DNA of 33,000 nucleotides from Octopus sinensis (lineage: Eukaryota): NCBI RefSeq assembly GCF_006345805.1, contig NC_042997.1, positions 199,268,001 through 199,301,000 of the forward strand. The letters run 5' to 3'. This document shows positions 22,850 through 33,000 of the stretch, one piece after another. The position numbers and the translations under genes are program-made. How positions within the stretch are numbered: position 1 is the stretch's first letter; every line of letters starts with the position of its first letter. The notes under the pieces are model-generated. The model saw only the letters and a program-made list of their open reading frames with translations, did no database searches and was not told the DNA's origin.

Positions 22850-24300
22850 AGCCAGTGGTTTAACGTGATATAGGAATGCCTCAAATATTTATGAAATCCA
22901 TAGCCTTGGCAAAATATTCATTTAGATCAGATAAAGTAATTCTAAGAGTGGTTCATTCCACAGTATCAAATAGCCACATAGCCAGCATTCAGTATTCTCA
23001 ATGCAGTATTGACTGTGCTGATAGATTGAAGCCTGCATATCTGTTTGCAAATGGGAAGCATGAAAACTGAATCATAATAGGATTTCTGTCTTGGCAATGT
23101 AATGTTCAACATTTGGGGTCATCATGCAACAGAGATCTACAGATTGATTCATGAGGTGTGTGTGAGGGAAGGAGTCCAGTCTTTGTGATGCAGCCTTGGT
23201 TCTATTGTTTGCCATTGTTATGGTAAAAAGAACGTGAGATTTTAGCTTTATATCGATAAGAAGTATAGAAAGTTTTGTGATGTGAGTAAATTTTCTTGCT
23301 TTATGTAGTATTTGTCTTCATACGTGTGAATGAGACTAAGTTATCATTTGTTTGTTGTGATGGATATTTTTCGTGGCATTTAGGTATATTCATTCAAAGG
23401 TTTTGTTAGTGTACACATATAAGTCAGGGTGGTGGAGAGGATATCATAGAGGTCTTTGTAGAGGAATGTCTTAGGTAATGTCAACAGTGAAAGGCAGCGA
23501 GCTGGCAGAAACGTTAACACACTGGGCGAAATGCTTAGCGGTATTTCGCCTGTTGCTACGTTCTGAGTTCAAATTCCGCCGAGGTCGACTTTGCCTTTCA
23601 TCCTTTCGGGGTCGATAAATTAAGTACCGGTTACGCACTGGGGTCGATATAATCGACTTAATCCATCTGTCTTTGTTTGTCTCCTCTGTGTTTGGCCCCT
23701 TGTGGGTAGTAAAGAAATAAGTACTGTCAACAGTGAGCAGTCAATATAAATGAGGAAGTCTGGAGACGGCAATTTGAACCATAGATACAGAAGATTTGGT
23801 AGTTCAGGATTGTCACAGATTGCAAGGAACTGCTTTGAAATAAAACTTCTAATTAGGCAGAAGAAAGGCAGGTGGAGACAATGAATTCATGCATAGGCTT
23901 CATTTATGCCGGATGAGGTGCAGTCGAAGACTTGATGATGTCAATGGTAATAATGATGCTTTCATTAATGTTCTCAATGATAAAAGGTTACAGATGGATG
24001 TGACCCAAGAATGGAGGATTACATGTATCTAAGGTTATGTAGAAACCATACTGTTCAATTGTGAAGTGAAGAAAGAATTCAGCATGGCAATTGAGATATT
24101 AGATCAGTCATTAGATGTAATTGACAGAGGGGAAGTTTATCTTCAGTAAATACGATAGTGTGAGGGGTTACCCTTTGTGAAAATGTATCCCTAATTATGA
24201 GCAGATATCTATTGAAAGAGAAAGGTTGAAGAGTTTGAAATGATTAGGGATCAATTTAAGAACAATTTTTTGAGAGACAAGGGATGATTGGAATATTGCC
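22850..24300 (-). mobile_element. Very old LINE reverse-transcriptase remnant
   Basis: Scattered motifs on the minus strand (FDTV near 22960; KSSTAP near 23920); many stops; split by a SINE A. Confidence 0.35.
23493..23719 (+). mobile_element. SINE family A with TSD
   Basis: 12-bp direct repeat TGTCAACAGTGA at 23479-23490 and 23725-23736. Confidence 0.9.
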
Positions 24301-24889
24301 TGGTTTGTACTTTATACAACAAAAGTAATTTCTACACTTGCCAGATGTGTGCATACATTGCAATAAAAATATTAGGTTGGAAAAAAGAAAAGACAAATGT
24401 GGTATATCTATCTGAAAGAATTCTGATTAATTCTTGGAATATTACTTACTATAATATCTAGCACATAAACATCTTTGAAAAAATGCAATAATGAAGATAT
24501 TACTGTTCAGATTATTGAATTTACCTTTACCTTAGGTGTTTCATTAATTATCAATCTTGAGGCCATCTCTTCTTGATCTATTTCTCAAAAGACTTTAACA
24601 GTTATTTCTAAGTCATGATTATTAGCTTAAATATCGTAAACAAAAGAGAATAAGAAATAAAAATATTAGCTCTTCTGGATTTTGTGAAGATTTAATAATG
24701 GTTCAATATAATGGTATTTATGAGTCAGGCATAAATGAATATATAAGAGAGATGTAAGACAAAAGAAGCTTAAATCTTTTACATAGAATACTTTACAGCA
24801 TATTTAGTAGAGAGTTTTACTGTATTTTACTTTCAACAATTTAAATCTTGTAAATTTGGATGTTGCTTCAATCGTTTATCAATATATCA

Positions 24890-25214
24890 GTGAAGGTGCA
24901 TGGCTTGGTGGTTAATGTATTCAGCTCATGATCAAATGGTCACGAGTTCAATTCCTGGTAGAGCATTGTGTCCTTGAGCAAGACACTTTACTTCACGTTG
25001 CTCCAGTCAACTCAGGCTGCAAAAATGAGTTGTACCTTTATTTCATAGGGCCAGCCTTGTCACATTCTGTGTTACGCTGAATCTTCCTGTGAACAATGTT
25101 AAGGGTACATGTGTCTGTGGAGTGTTCAGCCACTTGCATGTTAATCTCACAAGCTGGCTGTTCTGTAGAGCGAATCAACTAAAACCCTTGTCATTGTAAC
25201 CGACAGAGTGCTAG
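24890..25214 (+). mobile_element. SINE family D with TSD
   Basis: 13-bp direct repeat TTATCAATATATC at 24876-24888 and 25215-25227. Confidence 0.85.
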
Positions 25215-25943
25215 TTATCAATATATCTCTTATTTTGTGTGGAAATGTAAATTGCATTGGCAGAGTTTCATCTCTTAGGAGGACCCTTAATTTAGAAGTT
25301 ACCAAAAATAAGTTATTTACATTTCCAATTTTATAATTTGTATTAAAAGTATGTCTTTCTTGGATCTTTTATACTTGATTTGGAATTTCTTAAAAAGCTT
25401 CATGTTCAAAAGATACAACTATATTCCTTGAGTTTAATCTCAGTTTTATTATGGAGAAGACAAGAACACTCCATTACTTCAGTGGATTACCAGTCATTAG
25501 ATGTGAAAGCAAGATAGTATATTAGAAAGTAAGCTTATTACAAAATACAATTAATTACAATTAATGACAAGATTCAAGAGTTTTTTGTACAACTCCTCAT
25601 TTTAAAATTACATTCACTGATTTACAAGAAGCAAACTTTTCCTCACTCAGTTTAAATACTCCATACTGGCTAACAAGGATAAATACTCTTGGACATAGTG
25701 TGCCCTAAATATAAGCAATGGTCTTTAATCAGCCAATAGATTTTATATGAGTCTCAAAATTGCAGTCCTTTTTCTGATATTGTATGGAGTCATCTTTGCA
25801 GCAACTTTCAATCAATTGAAAACCTGAAAACTCAAAGGATCCATTTGTTTTATAAATTAATCCAAACAAATGCATGGATCATTGATCTTTCAGTTTCCTT
25901 TGTATGAATGTTTCAAAGGATGGGATCCTAAGAAATAAACAAA

Positions 25944-26540
25944 GGCGGTGAGCTGGCAGAAAGGTTAGCAAGCCGGGCGAAATGCTTAGCAGTATTTCGT
26001 CTGCTGCTACATTCTGAGTTCAAATTCTGCTGAGGTCAACTTTGCCTTTCATCCTTTCGGGGTTGATTAAATAAGTATCAGTTATGCACTGGGGTCGATA
26101 TAATCGACTTAATCCATTTGTCTGTCCTTGTTTGTCCTCTCTATGTTTAGCCCCTTGTGGGTAGTAGAGAAATAGGTATTTCGTCTGCTGCTAAGTTCTG
26201 AGTTCAAATTCCGCCGAGGTCGACTTTGCCTTTCATCCATTCGGGGTCGATTGACTAAGTACCAGTTATGCATTGGGGTCGATATAATTGACTTAATCAA
26301 TTTGTCTGTCCTTATTTGTCCTCTGTGTTTAGCCCCTTGTGGTTAGTAAAGAAATAGGTATTTCGTCTGCCGCTACGTTCTAAGTTCAAATTCCGCTGAG
26401 GTCGACTTTGCCTTTCATCCTTTCGGGGTCGATTGAATAAGTACCAGTTACGCATTGGGGTCGATATAATCGACTTAATTCGTTTGTCTGTCCTTGTTTA
26501 TCCCCTTTGTGTGTAGCCCCATGTGGGCAGTAAAGAAATA
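25944..26540 (+). mobile_element. SINE family A concatemer: head plus body x3
   Basis: Units 25944-26174, 26175-26356 and 26357-26540; ATAAACAAA direct repeats at 25935-25943 and 26541-26549 flank the whole array. Confidence 0.9.
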
Positions 26541-27289
26541 ATAAACAAACTTAAATGGTGGAATCTAAATGTAAAGAAGAAATTGAAAAAAAATATTTAG
26601 TCGCGATAAACTATTAGCATGAGTTCAGGCTGAAGTTTGCAGACATAATTCAGCCTTTTCTTGCAACAGAAATGGATTGTCTTCTTTTGCAGAACACTTC
26701 AACAACAGGCTGTTAAAAAAGAGAGTAAGTTGTTTGAAGACAATAAATTTACTGTATGCGAAACAACTCCCACTGTTGATCTTTCTGCATTCAAATAGCA
26801 GGAATAATGTGCAGAAATGAAATTCTGTTAGTCATATATTTGATAATGCACAAAGAAATTGAAGCAATATTGAACATGAAGCTAATGTGTCAGTCTATCT
26901 CAGTCAACATAGTCAAAGTATGAAAAGATAACACCATTAGTAGGAGAGGTTAGGAAGGCAAAGGGGGAAGGTGAAGCTATTGCAGAAAATTAAACCTCCT
27001 CATACTTCCTTTTACTCTACTAATTTTTATTGTATCTTATCTGTTTTATTTTAATCTAATTTATTTCTTTTCACTTCCTCTTTTACCTTCCAGACCTTTC
27101 CTACTAACAACATTACCGTGTTATCTCTTACTATACTGAACATGAAGCATATATGGTGACATGACGATCTATTGAAAGATTGGAATATTTTTCTGTTAGC
27201 AAAATTTTTCACACTGGAGACAGATTATCTACTTTTACAATGCTTTTTTACAAAGTGTCTTCAAGTGTCCAGATGCACTTCTCTACCGA

Positions 27290-28590
27290 CAGGCATGTGA
27301 GCCCTCACATTATCACAATATGATTCCAAAATCATTCACATGACTGGTAAATGTACCATTTATATAGATCCTTTTCGTAGACTAAAATATGATTTGGATC
27401 AGTTTGATAGAGTTCTTTTACATTCTGACATAGGTAATAGGGAATTGTGGAGGTGCAATGGGACAGTGGTTAAGGCAGCGGACTCGCAGTCAGAGGATCA
27501 TGGTTTCGATTCTTCGACCGGGCGTTGTGTGTGTTTATTGAGTGAAAGCACCTAAAGCTCCACGAGGCTCCGGCAGGGGCGGGTTGCGACCTCTGTTGTA
27601 CTCTTTCACCCATAACTTTCTCTCACTCTCTTTTCCTGTTTCTTGAGTAATGCTGTGATGGACTGGCGTCCTGTCCAGCTGGGAGGAACACATACGCCAC
27701 AGAAACCGGGAAACCAGGCCCATGAGCCTGGCTAGGCTTGCAAAGGGTGCACAAAAATAAAATAGGGAATTAATTTTATCGATACTTATGCAGAAAAAGA
27801 CATTAGAGGTCATTTTAGCACATGTACCCTTTATGTTCACTAAAAGACTTGGGAAATTTGGTCCCGATTAGTGCTTCTAGATTGATACTTTCCCAGACGT
27901 TTATCTGAACTGATTGTAGAGAATAATTTTATGTCTAATAAAATGCAGGCTATTTAGTCCTGAACATTATCAAACAAATGCTCTTCCAACAATTGTTAAT
28001 ACACACCCGGATGTACAACAATTACCAATGAAAGCAAGGGTTTGTGTTTGGTGTCCTGATCTTAAAAGAGCCACTGACGAATTTATCAGATCTTATGACA
28101 TATGCACCAAAAATAGATTTGAAGGCACCCACTGTATTGATAAATGGTTTTATATGGAGTGAGAACATGTTCAAAATGTTGGGAATATATTTGAACAAAG
28201 ATGGCTAAACCACCTCTTGAACTAAAGCATAAGCCTGGAAAATATAAGGATTTATTTTTTTTATCTTTCATCTTATCTAGATTTGCTATTCCGGGAACAG
28301 TGGAATCAGACAGTATTCTAGAATTCATTGACTTCTACAACTGGTTAAAGTGAGTTGCTAGCAAGAAAATTGAAAATCTTATCAATAGTCTAAAATCTAA
28401 TGGCGCAGCTGGAAGAGCTGAGCAAACAATCAAGTCTGCATTAAAAGGTTACAGTCCAACAATTGGAAAATACGGTGGCTGTTTTGTTATAGGCTCTTTC
28501 CAGTTACCATGGTACATGTGGTGTGTGCGAGTTATCTCTAGCTGAGAAATTACTTGGCAGACAATTAAGAGCAACAGTAAACTTTATTTT
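27290..28590 (+). mobile_element. Decayed Ty3/Gypsy pol relic (RNase H end, H2C2 zinc finger, integrase core)
   Basis: Fragments ALTLSQYDSKIIHMTGK (about 27300-27350; cf. WALxLxxYDFxIxYRPGK), HPDVQQLPMKARVCVWCPDL...FIRSYDIC (about 28000-28105), SRFAIPGTVESDS, SNGAAGRAEQTIKSALK and SLAEKLLGRQLR, in the correct order, with stops and frameshifts. Confidence 0.75.
27447..27760 (+). mobile_element. SINE family C with TSD, inserted in the Gypsy relic
   Basis: Homologous to 4401-4705; direct repeat AATAGGGAATT at 27436-27446 and 27761-27771. Confidence 0.85.
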
Positions 28591-28886
28591 GTTTTATATT
28601 ATTGAACAAAAGGTTCTTTACAAGAACGAAATGATGAAATTTCTTGCGGATGATGCCCATTATCTGATCAATACTGAGAGAAACACATCCTGGACTAAAA
28701 GGTGCAGTTAGTGTCAGTTGAACAAATAGCTACAAAAACTCCTTTCTCAAACACATCAGCCAATCACGATCTTGAGTTTTTGGTTCAATAAGGAAGTAGA
28801 AATTTTGATGAAGCAAATAAAAATGCTTATTTAAGATTATTCTGGAATAATAGGTTTAAACCACCTAACATACATTTTCTACATAC

Positions 28887-28983
28887 GATTCTGTTATGCA
28901 TTTGGCTGGTGGTCTTCACCATATCAGTGACATTGTTTTCTGATATCAGTTTTGATTTTGTTGATACCTCCATGAGGATTTCC
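28887..28983 (-). CDS. Candidate internal exon (EILMEVSTKSKLISENNVTDMVKTTSQMHNRI)
   Basis: TTTCCTCATTAATTAG acceptor and GTATGT donor; phase-2 start fits the 32116-32197 exon. Confidence 0.35.
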
Positions 28984-29019
28984 CTAATTAATGAGGAAAT
29001 ATCAGGTGACAAAATATTT

Positions 29020-29292
29020 CATCATGCACCATCCGAATATGGCCAATGCCAGTGGCACATAAAAAGCACTATCCAAACATGATTGATGCCATGCTCGCCT
29101 GACTGGCTCCTGTACCAGTGGCACGTAAAAGGCACCCACTACACTCTCGGAGTGGTTGGTATTGGGAAGGGCATCCAGCTGTAGAAACATTGCCAGATCA
29201 GATTGGAGCCTGGTTCAGCCGCTGGCTCTCCAGGCCTCAGTCAAACCGTCCAACCCATGCCAGCATGGAAAACGGACGTTAAATGATGATGA
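29020..29292 (+). mobile_element. Family E
   Basis: Modules and (GAT)n tail. Confidence 0.8.
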
Positions 29293-29444
29293 TTAAAAAT
29301 TATGAAGTTGAAACAAATAATGCTATCAATAGGTCACCAATGCCAACTTTTCTTTCTCCTATAAAGACACTATTTAATTATATAATGCCTTGTCATAATG
29401 TTTCTAACAATTATTATTACATTGTGATAATAACAGTCTAAACT

Positions 29445-29817
29445 TAATACCCTACTAGCACGGGGCTAAGAGCACCATCCGAGCGTGATCGTTGCCAGAG
29501 CAGCTGTCTAGCCTCCATACCGGTGACACGTAAAAGACACCATTCGAGCGTGATCGTTATCAGCATCACCTTACTGGCACCTGTGCCGGTGGCATGTGTG
29601 AAAAGATTCGAGCGAGGTTGTTGCCAGTACTGCCTGACTGGCCCCCGTGTCGGTGGCACGTAAAAGCACCCACTACACTCTTGGAGTGGTTGGCGTTAAG
29701 AAGGGCATCCAGCTGTAGAAACTCTGTCAGATAACAGGAGCCTGGTGCAGCCCTCAGTCATTCGTCCAACCCATGCTAGCATGGAAAGCAGACGTTAAAC
29801 GATGATGATGATGATGA
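29445..29817 (+). mobile_element. Family E
   Basis: Three modules and a (GAT)n tail. Confidence 0.8.
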
Positions 29818-30253
29818 CTACTCTAAATATTTAAAAACAACCTAGACAAATACATCTTGTTGCATTAATAATAGTAGTCTTGTTACATAAATAATATACA
29901 GTTACAATAGTAGTGGCTATATTTCGGGTGAAATAACATCTCCTGAGTGTTTGGAAATCAATCGGATATTTTCAGAGAGTACAATGTTATATATATATTA
30001 TTCATGTAATATACACACACACACACACATATGTGTATGGACGTGGGTGTATGTGCATACATACATTACTTTTGTTGAGACATTGCATTTATGAAACTTT
30101 TCACTCTTGTTGGAAACTAGCTCCTTCCTGGCAGAAGGAATTCAAATGATTTAAAATAGAACATATATACATACATATATTTGCATATATACATATGTAA
30201 GAACATATATGTCCCATTTCTGCAGAAGACATCATGCGTGATCAGCAGCTACC

Positions 30254-30437
30254 CACCGACTTCCTACGCAACCGCTGAGCCTGGATGCGCATTCATCCAT
30301 CTGTCGATGCTCTCGGTGTCGGGGGTTGACCCACTTTCTCCTCTGCAGGTCTTACGAATAGCAAAGGACCATGTTTCGGACTTTTCCCACTCTGGATGAA
30401 GACCGCTTCACTCAACAAACAAACAAACAAACAAACA
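30254..30437 (+). mobile_element. 5'-truncated retroposon 3' end with (AAAC)n tail and TSD
   Basis: 13-bp direct repeat ATCAGCAGCTACC at 30241-30253 and 30438-30450; GC-rich body; (AAAC)n tail. Confidence 0.8.
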
Positions 30438-30949
30438 ATCAGCAGCTACCAAAAATGTCATCAACGTAATACCTCTCCATGTGATGTGATGTTGATGCTA
30501 AAACAGTTTAAGATAGCATCCATAAAAAAGACTGTCCCGGAATACTTATAGAGAATGCTCATGTTATTGAACACATACATACATGAACATCGACACCAGG
30601 AATATTAGGAGAGCATTCCCATCAAAACTTCTATCAAGTGTAAATAAAACAGGCCAGATGTTGTTTGGGACAAACAAAAATAAATATGTACCATCATAGA
30701 GGTCAGCTGCCCTGAAGATGTGAATATCTCTTTGAAAATCAAAGAGGAATAACTATGTGAAATTGCTTTGGAACCTCCAGCCCCAATACCCAGATTATAA
30801 ATTTACATTTACACCAATAAAAACTGGTGCACTTGGTTTTGAGAATAAATGTCTAAGAGACAATCTGGATAAACTAGGGAGATTTTAAAAAAGGAAACCA
30901 ACCAGCTAATACACACATTATAAATACAACCTGTAAGTGAAACAGTTAA

Positions 30950-31152
30950 CCCTTTCATTACCAACCCGGCTGAAACTGGCTCTGGTCTGTAGTACAAAGG
31001 TCTCATTTTCATAAGTTTTGAACCTTTGTCACAATTAATGTTCCTAACACTAGCTGAATGATAACTAAGTTATTTTACTAAATTCTTTGTTATATTTAAA
31101 ATGAATTGAAAGAAACACAGAACATCTCAACAGAAATACAGTAACAAAAGGG
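30950..31152. mobile_element. piggyBac-type MITE, family P2
   Basis: Perfect TTAA on both sides; imperfect 12-bp TIRs CCCTTTCATTAC / GTAACAAAAGGG. Confidence 0.85.
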
Positions 31153-31302
31153 TTAAAACCTGTAAGACTTTTCTTAAGTTTAAAACGTGAGTTTACTTTG
31201 TTATCTACATTCTAACAACGGCAGTTTGCTTCTTTGTTAGACACGATTTTACTTCTTACAGGAAGGTCTCAAATAATTTGAAATAGAACATAACATGCAT
31301 GC

Positions 31303-31343
31303 ATTCAATCAATCAGTCAATCAATCAATTAATCAATCAATCA
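31303..31343. repeat. (AATC)n microsatellite
   Basis: Read directly. Confidence 0.9.
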
Positions 31344-32115
31344 ATTATAGCCATGATAGATTCTGAGTGCATCCTTGAATTTTTATCTTTGTGAGTATCA
31401 TAGGATACACGTTGAAAGTAATGCCACATTTCTCTGAAAATCTTTTAATAAATTTCTTATTAATTGACATAGTAAATGTTATTATCGAGCTCAATTTAAA
31501 TTGCTGTTGTTATTCAGATAAATATAGAATTCCCCGAAACAATTTTGTTTCCAATTGACATGAAGCAAGTTTTCATCATTATTATTATTATTATTGAAGG
31601 ACATATTTTAGTCTATGAAAATACTTCAGAAACCTGTATCTGTTGTTATTCAATTGTTGCTGCCCACGGATTCCTTCATTAAAACAACTAATGTAAAAAT
31701 TAAGGAATTACAGTTGATAGCATTTATATTATTTCAGTTATTTTCTGTCTTACATTTATAAAAAAAAAAAATTTTTTTAAACAAAACAAAACAATCATTT
31801 TTATCTGTGCATTCAATCTTGGATGCCATTCAACTGAAATACATATTTTCTCCATGTGACAAAACCAATGTTTAATTCATTTCTTCAGAATATAGTGCAC
31901 TGGAGCAATTAAACTCCAGTGTGTAGCTAGTCATTACATTCAGTTCTTAGTGAAAAACTAGTCACACTTGCTTTGAAATTTCTGTCAGTTTCAGCTAAAA
32001 TCAATATTTAACCTAAAGACTGTTATCTGTAAACGCAATGCTAATTTTTTAAATACAATTTCTATAACTGCCTGTCTCTCACAATCTCGACCGCCTCTCC
32101 CTTCTCCCCGCTTAC

Positions 32116-32197
32116 CTGTTCTTTAGACAGCAAGATAAATTTTCATTCAAATAATCAAGTGTGCTTTCTTTCAGAAACTCATTCGATGAAATGAAAA
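32116..32197 (-). CDS. Candidate internal exon of unidentified gene (xFISSNEFLKESTLDYLNENLSCCLKN-R)
   Basis: CAG acceptor, consensus CAG|GTAAGC donor; open frame ending in phase 2. No homology recognised. Confidence 0.35.
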
Positions 32198-32305
32198 CTG
32201 GGCTTTACAGAAATTTAATATTTGAAAGATAAACACACAAATGGTTGTTTCTTAAAAATGAATCTTTGTCGTTTTATTTCTTGTGTGGACTACTGAACAT
32301 TTATA

Positions 32306-32575
32306 GGTGCAGGCACAGCTGGGTGGTTTAGAAGCTCACTTTGTAACCACATGGTTTTGGGTTCAGTCCCACGATGTGTCACTTTGGATAAGTGTCTTCT
32401 AATACAGCCCCATGCTGGTCAATGTCATGTGAATAAATTTGGTAGATGGAAACTGCGTGGAATCCCATTGTGTGTGTGTGTATGTGTTTGTCCCTTACAT
32501 AGCTTGACAGTCAGTGATGGTGTGTTTACATCTTCATAGCTTAGCAATTCAGTAAAAAGGACCGATAGAATAAAA
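32306..32575 (+). mobile_element. SINE family B, older and 3'-incomplete
   Basis: Diverged match to the family B head and body. Confidence 0.7.
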
Positions 32576-32640
32576 GCTCAAAGTTGTGACCAAATGTCTG
32601 TGACAAGTAAAACATAAGAGATATTTCAGTTGTTGTTATT

Positions 32641-33000
32641 CTTTTATTTTTTCACTCATTTGACTATGGCTATACTGGAGCACCATCTTTAGTTGAACAA
32701 ATTAACCCCAGGACTTATTCTTTGTAAGCCTAGTGCTTATTGCATTGGTCTTTTTTGCTGAACTGCTAAGTTACAGGGATGTAAACGCACCAACATCAGT
32801 CGTCAAGCTGTGTTAGGGGGACAAACACTTACGCACAAACATACTATGGGCTTCTTTCAGTTTCCGTCTACCAAATCCACTCACAAGGCTTTGGTCAACC
32901 TGAGGCTATAGTAGAAGACACTTGCCCAAGGTACAACACAGTGGGACTGAGCCTGGAACAATGTGGTTGGTAAGCAAGCTACTTACCACACAGCTACTCA
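32641..33000 (-). mobile_element. SINE family B (runs off window end)
   Basis: Reverse complement of family B; tail-to-tail with the 32306 copy. Confidence 0.8.

Noticed and set aside
30355-30395. GAAAC-ATG-GTC on the minus strand as a hammerhead
   Set aside because: No CTGANGA or stem I partner upstream; the element's tail shows that it is plus-oriented.
823-32539. All ORFs in the supplied six-frame track as genes
   Set aside because: They are 60-130 aa and mostly overlap SINEs, family E copies, microsatellites (YIYI, HTHT, MMMM runs) or decayed retroelements. None encodes a recognisable intact protein.

Overview
AT-rich, microsatellite-rich eukaryotic (animal) DNA made up mostly of interspersed repeats. 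The repeat families look like those of octopus/coleoid cephalopods; this is recognition from memory, not a database search. No ORF in the supplied track looks like a real gene. The window holds four tRNA-headed SINE families (several with clear target-site duplications), a modular (GAT)n-tailed retroposon family, TTAA-flanked piggyBac-type MITEs, old CR1-type LINE remnants and a decayed Gypsy pol relic. The best signal is at 14322-14657: a perfect 166-bp inverted repeat with a 4-nt loop. Each arm encodes an intact minimal type I hammerhead ribozyme of the Penelope-like element (PLE) kind, one per strand. Four other PLE-like termini carry decayed or truncated hammerheads, two with a similar fold-back architecture. 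A chain of phase-compatible candidate exons on the minus strand may belong to an unidentified host gene (low confidence).
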